This document shows positions 37,070-49,406 of a stretch of 64,000 nt of DNA, piece by piece. The position numbers and the translations under genes were made by a program. This DNA is from Psilocybe cubensis (taxonomy: Eukaryota). Location of the stretch: contig CM039009.1 in the NCBI GenBank assembly GCA_017499595.2, forward strand, positions 1,240,001-1,304,000, written 5' to 3'. Numbering within the stretch: the stretch's first letter is position 1; the number at the start of each line of letters is the position of its first letter. Below the pieces are notes generated by a model. It saw only the letters and a list, made by a program, of their open reading frames with translations. It did no database searches and had not been told where the DNA came from.

Positions 37070-39763
37070 CTATGCAACTGCGGCTTTATCTTTCTCAAAC
37101 ACTTGGGCCTTGGAGGGATCCATAACATCGATACCCATCTCTTCAGCTATAAAAAATCAAAGGAGTCAAACGGCATGATGCGGATAACTGTATTTACCTG
37201 CGATTTGTTGCACTGGTCCGATAAACCAGTTTCGGGCGCTGAGCACCCAAAAGCCCAAGCTATACACCATAATTATGCCTACTGCGACGATAGAATAATT
37301 AAGTGTCTGGGAATCGACGGGCTATTCCAATTTATTTAGTCAGTCAACCTGGGATCCTGGAACGGACAGAAGCTTGACTTACGTTGACCTGCGGAAGAAT
37401 GAAACCAATAGAGATAAACACTACCCATAGAACGGCCACAACAGCCACAGGATAAGAGAATTTCCCCAGATGAAATGGTCCCCGAATAAACTGGTCACGG
37501 TATATAACACGGAGAGCAATTGGGATGCCTAGCAGATGCGTTGGTGGTCACATCAGAGCCATAAGTGCAATATTTAACCTACCGTAGGATATATAAAGCC
37601 CAATAGTAGCAATAGATGTCGCTGCCGAAAATGCAACCAAGCTCCCTAAACTTGGTAAACCAAGAATGAAGCTCAATGTGCACGCAAGCCATACTAAATG
37701 AACATGGTAAACTAGCAGTAGCTAAATCATTTGGATGGTAGATTTCATACCAGTTCTAATAGGAGATTTCCATTGTGGATTGACTTTGGCGAAAAATTGA
37801 TGGCCCGGAATGCCACCGTCACGAGCAAAAGCATACAGAGTCATTCTTGAATTGGATGTAATAGAGAATGTCCTGTGTTCGTAGCGTAAGAGCAAAGGTT
37901 GGCTCGTTGCATGATTAGAGTCAGGACAGGAGTTATCACTCACCCGCAAAAGTACATAGCACCAATGACTATGACCATAAGTACGATTGCTCCCTTCTCA
38001 CCAACAGTGTCCAAGAAGATTTGGGTCACAGGCTGTCCGGTTGCCGAGTCTAAGGTTCCGTCCAAATTTTGTATAGAGAAGAGCAATCCGAGAATAAGAA
38101 ACCATCCAAGAACTGCCGATACACCGATGGCTGTAATAATTCCAATACTTCCTGACATTGCGGCGTTGCGAGTTTCTTCAGTCATCTAACATAGCAGTTC
38201 AGGTTTTTAAAGTTAGAATTATAATACGTTCAGACTTGCATGAGCGCTAGCATCAAAACCTTCAACGGTAATCATTATCATTATCCGTTCATCTATTCTA
38301 TTGAATAAACGTACCAGTTATTGTATACTGTAGTCCATCCGTCGAACATGTCAGAGCGATTCGAACTCAATAGTATTCCCATACCTGAGCCATGAGAATC
38401 TGGGCAGTGTTAGGATGGACAAGTCAGCAAACGATATCATAGGTACTTACACCAATAACTGCTACATAGGCATGACTAGCCCTTTCTCCCCAGCCTTCTG
38501 ATCCGGGAAGGCCAGTGTTATCAATGAACGTACGAAAGACGAATTTACCGGATTGGTGGCTGGGAGCCTTTGCGAGGATGGCAATCACCAGGGATGTTGT
38601 GCCCACCGCATGCCACCAGACAGAAATATTGTTTAAAATATGAAGAAGGTGAACCCCAAAGGTGTTTGTTAGCCCTTGGCTTGCCAGGACCGCTGCGTAG
38701 ATACCTAAAAATTCAATTTTCAATCATTATTCATGAGGATGACATATTATAGTAGTTTCTAACCGATGGTTTTTTTGGGTGAGGGTACAAACCCAGTGTT
38801 GCCAAGAGTGCATGCCGTGGAGATGAAGTTAGCACATGCGTAACTAATTCCTGTTGTGACTGCAACCTGCCCGAGCAAATTAAACCAGCCTTGAAACAGA
38901 CAAAATTCTTATGATTAAAAGTTCAAAATCGAGTGTAATCATATACATCATACCTGTGATCCAAGAGGCTAGTGGGGCATTTTTCTTTCGTGACAACATC
39001 GCTGCCCAGAAGTAAGGACCCCCAGACGTAGGGTGTGCACTAGTATTCCACAAAGATCATCGGCATGCTAAATCGACCGCCCGTAGTGACGCCCTCGTAC
39101 CTGCAAATTTCTATGGAGACAAGGAAGGTAGTCAGCCATTGTGGTACACGATAACAGGAGCTGAATGGGAGTTACCAGCCATTGCAAGTCCGACAAGCAT
39201 AGTGAAGCAGGCTAGATCACATTTAACTTCAGTACAGCATATTTGATAGAACATAGGGACAATGATGCAGACACACGACAACCCATCCCCATACCATCAC
39301 GGCTGGACCACCTGTATTCTTTTCAATAAAATACACATTATCAAAATCTCCTCGTGGACTACGTCAACCGATTTGTTTACGAACCAAGCCATACAGAAAA
39401 AGAGAAGGAACACCAGTGATGACGGAGATGATTGAAAAGGAAACCTATTTGCGTTTAAATTGGTCAACACGTATTCGGAGAAACAGCGAAATTCGCTCAA
39501 AACTCACGCCGAAATTCTAGTCACCAATAAAAAGACGCGTTAAAATATAAATAGGACGCGCTTCAGAGAGAAACACACCTGAAGAACGCCCAAGTCTCGC
39601 CTGAAAGAAGTTAAAGTCGGTACAGATATTCAGTTATGGTGGAAGTGGGCTGTCAATGGGAGACTCACTTCAGCTCCTGTCTATATCCCATCCGTGCCAA
39701 CTCTGCTTCATCCGTCGCCATAGAACTAGCTTTGTTTCTGGACGGGGAGGGGGAGTCACTCAT
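37070..39763 (-). CDS. APC-superfamily amino acid/GABA/polyamine permease with many microexons
   Basis: Spliced motifs DEAELARMGYRQELKRDL, NFGVSFSIIS, GGPAVMVWGW, AMAEICSAHPTSGGPYFW, YTITGFDASAHMTEET, SITSNSRMTLYAFARDGGIPG, WVLSARNWFIGP. Confidence 0.9.
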
Positions 39764-40335
39764 CTTGCGCAACGAATTCGTGATGAGGGTGGTTCAAGGA
39801 AGAGAGAACTCTTTTGAATTCCCGCACGTCGTCAAACGCCCCATGTGGCCCTGATAACACGGAGATAGATCCATATATTCTAAACAATCCGTCGCAAGTA
39901 TACATTGAGTCGCCTATTTTTGATGGAGAGGGCGATAAGCTCAAGGACAGCTCACAAATTATTGTCCTGCATATATGTACTAAGTCTCAACGTTCCTTAA
40001 GGTCAGATGGCTCACGAAGACTCACCGCCAGCCTGTCGGAGTCGCATTCTAGTCTGACCACTGCCACACAGCCTAACGAAAGCGCAGTACTATGTTGAGT
40101 ACACGCTCCTTGGGACTCCTTTGACCATTTGTGCTCCTGAGAAGATGCTTATTTTTGTATCAGAGCTTGGGTACGATATCGTAATGACAAGGTGAAGGAC
40201 TTTCAAGTCGAGTTCCTGGCCGCGCATATTCTTGGTTCCACAGTACGAGTGTGAGAATATTTTTCGGCAAATTGCGCGGCAGGGTTGACCACGGCGGCTC
40301 ACACGAAGTCCTTCTCAAGTACCAACTTGGTTGAG

Positions 40336-41771
40336 ATGGACTCCGACTCCGACGAATACTCAGGTTTGTCTAATGTCGAATTAACAATTCAAACGTGTTC
40401 ACAGTCTTTGGGTAGAAAGTCGACATCATACCACCCCCTATCCTGAAATTCACACAAAATTCATCGTCCAATGTTCTCAAAGTCGAATATACAGGCCTTG
40501 GAGACGATGGGTGTAAGCGTTTATTTCGGTGGCTGAGGACTGGAGTTAACTGGGAAAGTGAAGATGGTGAGTCCAGGCTATCTTATGCTTCTTTATGAAA
40601 CAGATAGACCCGGGGCTGACCGGGACCGGAAGCATGTTCAAGTCACTTTCCAGGCTTTCCTCGAAGGTTGTCAGAGCTTGAATTGAATAAGGTTTCCTTG
40701 ACCGATCAAGGATTTGAGTATTTCATCAATTGGTTGCGATGTCTGCATGCTTCGGACGGATCGACGGAAACGGTGTTGAGAACTCTGGTGTTGAAAAATG
40801 TGAGGGAACAATATTCTGATAACGTCCTGCTAACCTATCACTAGAATAAAATCCAAGGGACGTCAGAATCAGCTTCAGACTTTATATCGATCGTTGCGGC
40901 AACACCGTTTCTCAGAGTCCTGTCTCTATCCAACAATCCCCTCTCTACTAATTTCAGGCAGAGCCTTTTTTCCAGGCTGCCTGCGGTCTCTTCGCTCAGG
41001 TCTTTGCATGTCTCACTGGCGGGAATACAGTACACGGACGTAGACGTTTTGGCAGAGTACTTGGCGAACTGTCGACTCAACGAATTCATTGCAAGCGGAA
41101 ATAGCATGGGGTACCGAGGCCTCAAGGCTATAGTTGCCGCTATGGAACGTAACTGGACTTTAGAGAAAGTGAATTTGTTTGCAAACAACTCTCTCGATGA
41201 ATCCGAAGCCGCAGGTCGCACGGATGATCTTGCAGATTACAATCGCCTCATGTCCATGGTTAAAGCCGATTTTTCAACCTCCCAAGAAGAGCTCATGGTG
41301 TTGGCCTGGGGTAGCGGGTGCGGTCTCTCACACCTCGAGTCTAAGCTGAAGATAATAATTGGCCGCAACATTCTGTATAAACGACAAGTCAAAAAAGAAG
41401 CTGTGGATCTCCTCCGATACTCTAGGCTGATGCTGCACAAACCTGTTGAGGCTCCCCTCTCCTTTGGTTCCCTCCCCATTGAACTTCAGCTTTCCGTTCT
41501 GTCCCATACCGCGCCCTTTTTGTCCACCTCACAACGGATACGAATTTTTGAGTACGCAGTCAACAAGTCAACGTTGCCGAATCTTCGCCTTCACTTGCCT
41601 GTTCGAAAACCTTCTCTTGATCCAACACCCAGCCCCAAATCCGGAAAAAAGATTGGAAGTTTGGGGCCTCGGAACACAAATATCTCAGGGGGTGTTCAAA
41701 GGAAGATGAAGATTGACGAATGGCTAGAAAGTGTGGGCTGTGATTCTTACGACCCCGAACCTGTCAATTGA
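40336..41771 (+). CDS. RNI-like leucine-rich-repeat protein with a C-terminal F-box-like motif
   Basis: LRR-like units LKVEYTGLGDDG, LELNKVSLTDQG, LRVLSLSNNPLS, FIASGNSMGYRG, LEKVNLFANN, then FGSLPIELQLSVLSH near the C-terminus. 5' exon boundaries are tentative. Confidence 0.65.
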
Positions 41772-43314
41772 TGTATGTTTCCTTTCTTTCTTAATCGGTT
41801 AATGGGGCCGTTTCTGTGTATCTTATATTATGCTGCTCCGCCCGCATCAGCCCGCGGGGTACCATGGAATCCAGGCAATAGATGACAAAGGGGCAGGTTT
41901 CCGGCTGCGGGTGTGGAGAGTTCTGATCAGCGTCACCATCTTATCTGTCTCTGGTTTTTAAGCCATCGTAATGTCTGGCATTGCTCCATTGGCGATCCCA
42001 GCTGTGCATAGAGCAAAATTATGACATTAGCTCCTAACGTTACGCCTTTTCATGTTGAAACGACGTGCTAGAGGTTATGTGTAAGTTTCTTCTGGTGATA
42101 ATAAGTTGGTGTATAGGTCACCGACCCACCTTCGATGGGGGTTGAATATCATACCCATGAAGAATTTATATGTCCAGGACGAGTTCAAACCTTGTAACTG
42201 ATGCTTCCGCTCTTGCAGGATTTGTATTAATAGATTCTAGAACCTATACAACAGGCAAGAGCTAGTATTTCAGTTCTTCAATGTGGTCCACTGCCACAAA
42301 ATTTTTGATCATTTTACAGATGACTTGGTGGAGTTTACAGTGCAGTTAAAAACACATACAAGGGTACATGGAAAATTTTGGTCATCGCCACATCACACTG
42401 ATTGTTCGATGAAAGAAACGTCATAGTAAAGTAATTCAAACTAGGGTTACACATGCTCATTTGGTATAGAAATTTGTGGCCCGATAAAATGGAACGTACC
42501 ATCTCATATGTCATAGGATTACTTAGGCGCTAATCGAAATTATTTATTGCCTTTACCGGAGCAACTATGCACCATGCTTACACCGGCCTTCTCCATCAAG
42601 ATAAACGCACAATATACGTTCGAATTACATTCATTCCCACAGTACAGATTAATCCAGACTAGTGAATAGAATAAATGAAAGATAAATAAAATTTTACCCA
42701 TCAAATGCTTGGAATAAATGTTCAAGCTTCAAGGACTTGGTATGAGACCCATCCTCTCCGTCGAGTCATGATCATGAGAAAAGAAGAGGGAGTCTGACGT
42801 CATTGAGCGCTCTGAGTATAGTTACGGCGCTTCAACAAACTCAACGCTGCATTACGTCGAAAGTACCAAAGTTAGAAACAATTGCACTCCTGGTTACTTC
42901 GCTTTCATATATTTTAGGTGGTTTGTCGAAATTGGCTATGCATGGCGGTGATACTCGCCTTGAGTTGTAATCGTCTAAAAATATACTGGCAAAGCTTATC
43001 AGGGCGCCTAAATAGCCCTCTTCTTAATCTATCACAATCAAGGCCGCCATAGGAAATATGACTCACGTTAGAGCGACTCACACTATAGGTCCCGACACTG
43101 GGGCGGTGACGCCTTGGATTATTTCGCCTGGGGCGGAACGGTGTGCATCAATGAGTCAAGTAAAGTTTGTTTTTGATGATCCTAGCCAATTTCCTGTATC
43201 CATATATAATAGGGTGGAGTATAGTCAAGTCGAACTTTAACGCTCTCAAAAGCTAACTGCTTCTCTACTAGTACATTTTTAATCACTACCAAATCTATTT
43301 AACTGCTTGCTACC

Positions 43315-43950
43315 ATGCCTGGAGTCAATCGACACGTCCACTTCAATGGAAAAGCGTCTCCCGCATCGTCATCATCATCCTGGCCGTCTTCAGGGGGACC
43401 TATAACACCACCACCAACCTACGGCTATGTCCCTCCCCACTACCCTTTACACCCTACAGCAGAATCAAATGGTTTCGTCAATCCAGTCCTATCTCCAAAT
43501 AATCCAACATTTGACTTCAACCTCACCAAACCCCCTACCTCGATGATGGACTATGCATCCATTCCCGTAAGCATCTGGCAGCAACCAGCTACAAGTCCCC
43601 CTGTTCCATCTATGGCAGTTGTTTGTGAGCAATTGCCCTGGATTCTTAACATCCCGGGAAACATACAATTTGGCTACGTCAGCGTGGGCGATCTTGTGTT
43701 TGGCCTTTACAAAGCCCTTTCCACCCCAGTATCACAATCGGAATTCCTTACCCTCTCTCCAAGGGGTCAGCACGCTGTCAGCAAGGCTTTCAAAAACAGA
43801 TGCAAAGTATGCTTTGACTCTGACGAGTATCGAACAGAGTTTAGTCAAGGCGTGAAACGAGTAGATTTCCTCGTCGGCTTCACGAAATTCTCTGGAGTTA
43901 GACCGGACAAGATTGGAAAATGGACGCTACTGGTTAGGGCCGATGAGTGA
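43315..43950 (+). CDS. DUF6699-like basidiomycete protein
   Basis: Pro-rich N-terminus, then QPATSPP...LPW...VSVGDLV.GLY..L...GVKRVDFL motifs, recalled as typical of this family. Confidence 0.7.
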   Translation: MPGVNRHVHFNGKASPASSSSSWPSSGGPITPPPTYGYVPPHYPLHPTAESNGFVNPVLSPNNPTFDFNLTKPPTSMMDYASIPVSIWQQPATSPPVPSMAVVCEQLPWILNIPGNIQFGYVSVGDLVFGLYKALSTPVSQSEFLTLSPRGQHAVSKAFKNRCKVCFDSDEYRTEFSQGVKRVDFLVGFTKFSGVRPDKIGKWTLLVRADE

Positions 43951-44485
43951 TTTGGCCACATTTTCCAGCTCCAAATTCTGCTTCTATTTAACGACATCTA
44001 CCACTATTGGCCAATGGCAATCCCCTTATTCATATCCCCACTCTGATCACCATATTTCGCTTGGACATTGAATACTTATATTTCATATATTAGGGTCTTT
44101 GATATTTTTACCACTGCATAGCCCCAACTCAGGCATTATGGACAGACCTCTGTATTTTTAGAACAGTTTTGGACAAGTAGTGCCCATCTTGTATTGTAAC
44201 CAGTATTTTTGAACCACCTTGACTTCATGACTTAGGGGCTGTTTGTTTCTTCAAACTCCGCTTGAAAATGCATGACATAATAAATCACTGCAGCTGTGCA
44301 ACGCGGGCGCGTCCTCTTTCCAGTTTCAAGTGTTAATGTCAGTGTCAACTGGGATTGGCAATGTACATTATATCTATAAACGTTGATTCATCCGCATCAT
44401 CGAACATGAACTTTTCTCACGCTATTCTCCGTTATAAACTCTTCATCCCTGGAACTTGCTGAAATTATCCTGACCAGTAATCCAA

Positions 44486-45626
44486 ATGCAATCGAACCTG
44501 AACAAACGAGCCAAGGCACCGAAAGCATCTTTGCTAGGACCGGGCGATGCCATAGGCTGTGGAGACTCGTATCTTGTTGCCGATCTACTACCCACTGAAA
44601 TAGCAGACACTGCTTTTGAGAAGCTCAAGGCAGAAGTGAAATGGGAGACAATGGCTCATAGAGGTGAGCATATAGCATATAGCGTAGCTTTGTTCTGCGG
44701 GTTGATAACAATCCGTATGTTAATCTCAAGGGGGTGAGGTTCCTAGACTGGTGGCCATGGAAGGTGAAATTGCCGAAGATGGGAGGTATGGATGAGTGGT
44801 AGATGTCCGTTAACCGTATCACCAGCTAAATTTCTGCAAGTTATCCGGTGTATCGATTTCCTTCGGACGGGCACCCACCAATGTTACCATTTTCTCCAAC
44901 AGTTGCTCTTATCCGTGAACATGTTCAAAAGGTTCGCTCAATTTATTCTAACATTTTATGCCTTTTACTCAATTATGCCCGCAGGTGCTTAAACACCCTG
45001 TGAATCACGTCCTTATTCAGTTCTATCGCAATGGAAAGGATGCTATATCCGACCACTCTGATAAGACTATTGACGTTGTTCGCGGGTCTAGCATCGTCAA
45101 CGTCTCACTCGGTGCCCAGCGTACTATGACACTTCGATTGAAGAAAGATAAAGCCGACGTGGATGACCCAGTCCAGCACCAGTTAGATTCAACACCTGAT
45201 GATGCTCCACGTCAATCCGTCTCCACTTTCGGTGTACCACGAGTGACACAGCGTATCCCACTGCCTCACAATTCTATGTTTGTCATGAGTTTAGAGACCA
45301 ACGCCAAATGGCTGCATGGGATAAACCCTGACAATCGTCCACTACATATCAAGTCTCTCGAAGAGCGTGCCGAAGACGGTGCTCGAATCAGCCTCACATT
45401 TCGCCATATCGCTACGTTTATATCCAAAGACCAATCGCTTATCTGGGGCCAAGGAGCGACAGGGAAAACGAAGGATCAAGCGAAAAAAGTTGTATATAAG
45501 AGTGAAGAAGCAAAAAAATTGCTGATGGAATTTGGCAATGAAAACCAAAGAAACGATTTCAAATGGGATGCTGCTTATGGAAAGGGGTTCGATCTTTTGG
45601 ACCTCTTAGATAGAAATGCTGCCTAG
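44486..45626 (+). CDS. AlkB-like 2-oxoglutarate/Fe(II) dioxygenase, 4 exons
   Basis: NHVLIQFYRNGKDAISDHSDKT (HxD), SIVNVSLGAQR, WLHGI (distal His), RISLTFR (RxxxxxR). Introns near 44663-44730, 44786-44840 and 44932-44984. Confidence 0.85.
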
Positions 45627-45955
45627 TACATATGTATCAAAACATTGCTATTTTATTGTGCACTAGTTCTAGGTGACAACATTTGAATTTGAAATCTGAG
45701 CACTGACTATAATGAGGCTCAAAGTAAATCCCGTGACTTTAAACCAGAAATGACCTGAAACCTGAACCCCGTCGCGAAGTTTTCCTTTCACCAATACCAT
45801 CTCTTCTCTTCTGTGTGAAATTGTTCGAACACTCACGGAAAAATTACGACCGTTAACGACGCCGACCGCTTCAAATGTACCAGGTCAATCGGCTGCCTTC
45901 GAAAGTGCAGAAAACGTCGCGCTACGGTTCTGGGGCGGACTCCAAGTTCAAAAAT

Positions 45956-47270
45956 ATGACGGCTTCATGTATGTAATACACATTGATTCTCTAGTGTAAT
46001 ATGTTCTTCGACACCATTGTGCCCAACCTCTATCCCTCCAGCACCAGCAGCCCCACTTCTGCCCCCGGAAATTATCACGATAATTCTGAATTATGTCGGC
46101 GACAAACGTGCTGTACTCAGAAGCCGTCTCATTCGAAAGGACTTTGAGGCAGTTGCCACCACCGTGGGGTTCAAGAAACTCACTGTGTGCCGCGGACCTA
46201 TCCCCAATCTGCTAGGTTTTGAGGCAATCGCTGCTTCACCACATCTGAATTATCGTGTAGAAGAGATCACATTCCTCGAGCATGACGAAAGCCCGAAGTG
46301 GGATCCCGAGAATACCAGTATCGAAGAGTTTTGCCTTTCATTGCTCCGCCTTCCACAATTTCCGAACCTTCGCGCATTGCAACTCCATTTTCCACACTGT
46401 CATTACGACGAATACTTGCCTAGTTCTGATCCTGAGGATACAAATAATCTCTGCTTATCTACAGGCTACAGCATGCCATCCGACATCGAGATCTCATTTC
46501 CCAGGTTTCTGCAAATCAAGTTTTTTCAAAAGATCGCGTCAGAGGGACGACTGATGCGTCCGCCTCATCTAAAGGCACTGAATATCTGCCCACTTGTGGC
46601 ACATGAAGGACTTTTTGGCTTACATGAATTCAAGTGGCTTTTAGAGCCTCTTACAAGTCTCAAAATCGGTACGGTGACCAACGACTCAGAATGGTTCCAT
46701 CAATCGCTTGATTTCTACGAAAACTTTTGGAACATCAACATGAGGTCTGCACTGAACACCGCTCGAAATTTAACATCCTTGAACCTGTCGAGTGATATAC
46801 GAACTTCCATCATATCCTGGGATCAAGTAGACGCGATACCGGGCCTGGAAAAGCTCTCCTTCTCCAGTTTTATTTTCACGGACTATAACGAAGATTCAAC
46901 TCCCGATTCTTCATCCATTGAATCCTTTATTCTCCGCCACCCAAATCTACTTGTATTGAGGTTAAACGACTGTTGTATCGATCTATGGGATTCCAATGTG
47001 ACATGGGCAACGACATTTCAACGGTTTAAAGACCATTTGAAAAAACTCCAATGCTTCGATTTCACGCCCGTTCCAGAAGGCCATGATGAATCATCAGACA
47101 TCTCTTATTTTTACAGCTATGTCTGGCCTGTCTGCGAGGCGGAGTATGAGGAATACCGATCCGACTTCGACCATCGTGACGCACCGGACCCTCCACCGAA
47201 TGGAACAAGAAATTCAGACAAATCGGCATACGAGTCTTTGCAGCAGAAGATTTCACAGCGTAAGGCCTAA
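45956..47270 (+). CDS. F-box-like / LRR-like protein (family A)
   Basis: LLPPEIITIILNYV...SRLIRK. The listed ORF starts at a non-ATG codon. A 13-nt first exon 45956-45968 plus intron 45969-46041 restores an in-frame ATG (tentative). Confidence 0.75.
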
Positions 47271-47791
47271 CGGCTTGTTTAGTTTGGGTCATTGACTATA
47301 CAAAAACGCAAAATGGCGGCCGTTTGCAGATCAATCACTCTGACGCGAATCTCGTCAAAAATTCAGAATGTATATCTACGAGACTGTAAAAAACTTTGAA
47401 TCTTGGCGTCAAAACAGGAAGTGGAAACGTTTTTTCAACCAATGTATTGCCCCTGGTATCTGTGCCGAGTGCTCGCAGAGAAGAATCATCGCTATTCGTC
47501 ACGGTTTGTGTGAGGGAGAATGTGATGGGGTTGATTATTTCGTTGGAAGTTGTTGCTCAAATCAACCAACTCAAAGCACAACCTTCACATTTTCGATTAT
47601 TCTTTTACGTCTCAACCCTCAAAGCAAATCCTTATAACATTGGGTGGCACTGCCGATCGATCATGGTCACTGAGTCTACATGAGTACTAATTATAAGGTT
47701 GGCCGCGTACCTGATTCACTTTGACCTGCACAAACCACCTCGAAGTTTCACTTTTCCAGACACTCTCATCTACACCTCCACCTTCTAAATC

Positions 47792-49186
47792 ATGGCAGAA
47801 AACAATTTTGTAGGTGAACAGGCTCTTGCGCAACTATTCTACTCTATGCTTGAGCTGGGGATTCGCAGTCGAAGAACGCGAGTTTCCATTGTACAGAATA
47901 TGCGACTACCACCAGAATTGATCATCGCAATTCTCAGTCACGTCGATGACAGATCCGCGCTGCTCAAAATCCGTCTTGTTTCAAAAGTCTGTAACGTTAT
48001 CGTTAGCCCTAGGGCATTTCATACGTTAACTGTTTATCGCACGACGGCTAGTCTGGAGGGGTATCAAAACATTGGGCTTGAACTGGAATGTATGGAGTTG
48101 AGAGAACATGTGGAGGAAATTATACTCGTTCAGGACCCCCTTGGGCACATCGACCGCTCGAACGACAAAGACCAAACTTTAGCGGAGTGGACTCCTGATA
48201 TTCCCGTCAAGGGTTGGGAATACCTTTGTCTTGCAATGGTTCCTTATTTCAGAAACGTAAACTCATTGAGAGTCATTTTATCTTCTGAAGTGTCTGACGA
48301 CTGGTACGCAATCGAAGGGGCCAACTTCGATCCAGGCGAATTGGACGAAATCGAAAACCCTCGTACCAGGATCCATCTTCAAGACAGGACGATGCAACTG
48401 TTGGGTGGGATACACGACGAGAACTATAAAAAGGTTCCGGAGAAGATGGTCGTAGGCCAGCTGCAAACTTTGGAAATAACCAATTTGGCTGCGTACCCAT
48501 GCGATGCATTTGCAATGGCTGGGATGAAAAACCTTCTGGGGGGGATTACCCGACTTAAATTCAGGTTCTTGTCGAACGTGGCCGCTGGCGATTTCATATA
48601 TTACCATCCATTCGTTTTCTTTTGGGAGCGTAAGGATCTGCCGATTATTATGAACACTTCCCAGAATCTCACCTCGCTCGAATTGTCGACAAATGTACTC
48701 CGTATCTGCGACTGGAATCTCTTCGAAACACTTCCAAAACTTGAACATATTTCCCTTACCAACTTCGTCTTCCAGTACACCGCCCGTGGACTTACGCGAA
48801 ACTGCCTCGAGTCATACATTCTCCGCCATCATAAAACGCTGTGCCGCCTCGAATTATTAGGGTGCTGCATTGACCTTACGCGTACCACTTCACCGCAGCC
48901 GTGCTGGGCAGACGTATTTACGCGTCTTGAAACAAGGTTACCAAAGCTCCAGAGCTTCCAGTTCCATCCTCTTCCCATGATCTCTGCAAGGACTAGCGAT
49001 ATAGTTGATTATGAAGGTTATGCCTGTGGGCATGATGACCGTCAAGGATACAAGCGCAGATTCCGCATTGGATTGCATGCTCCGAATGACATTCTGCCAC
49101 GGGATGGAGTAGAGCTGGTGGATAAAGACGCGTACCAGCATGTCAAAGAAGTACTAGATAAACGAAGCCCCGTCGCGATTGCTTAG
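47792..49186 (+). CDS. F-box-like / LRR-like protein (family A), tandem paralog
   Basis: RLPPELIIAILSHV...IRLVSK, CLESYILRHHKTLCRLELLGCCID. Possible in-frame 5' intron 47810-47896, or start at 47900. Confidence 0.78.
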   Translation: MAENNFVGEQALAQLFYSMLELGIRSRRTRVSIVQNMRLPPELIIAILSHVDDRSALLKIRLVSKVCNVIVSPRAFHTLTVYRTTASLEGYQNIGLELECMELREHVEEIILVQDPLGHIDRSNDKDQTLAEWTPDIPVKGWEYLCLAMVPYFRNVNSLRVILSSEVSDDWYAIEGANFDPGELDEIENPRTRIHLQDRTMQLLGGIHDENYKKVPEKMVVGQLQTLEITNLAAYPCDAFAMAGMKNLLGGITRLKFRFLSNVAAGDFIYYHPFVFFWERKDLPIIMNTSQNLTSLELSTNVLRICDWNLFETLPKLEHISLTNFVFQYTARGLTRNCLESYILRHHKTLCRLELLGCCIDLTRTTSPQPCWADVFTRLETRLPKLQSFQFHPLPMISARTSDIVDYEGYACGHDDRQGYKRRFRIGLHAPNDILPRDGVELVDKDAYQHVKEVLDKRSPVAIA

Positions 49187-49406
49187 ATTAAACATGCCCT
49201 CGTATTTGTCTCATACTTTGCATCTTGCGATCGATAATTAATGATGGTTTTTTTACTCCATTAGCTTCGTGGTTGCGGAAGGGCTGGATTCATGTACAAA
49301 AATTGTCGCGACTCGATGATTGAAAAGTCTTAAACTGCAATGAAATCATTCTGTAGTTCAACTGTTCACAATCATGATGAGGTTGATGAGAAAAGGGCAA
49401 ATTCAT

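Noticed and set aside
41834-41930. GC-rich hairpin with a 10-nt match (CCCGCATCAG) to the transposon TIR; possible ncRNA or solo TIR
   Set aside because: The match is too short, pairing is imperfect, and there are no clear snoRNA boxes.
42090-42205. tRNA or tRNA-derived SINE (T-arm-like ACGAG-TTCAAAC-CTTGT)
   Set aside because: No acceptor stem or anticodon arm could be built.
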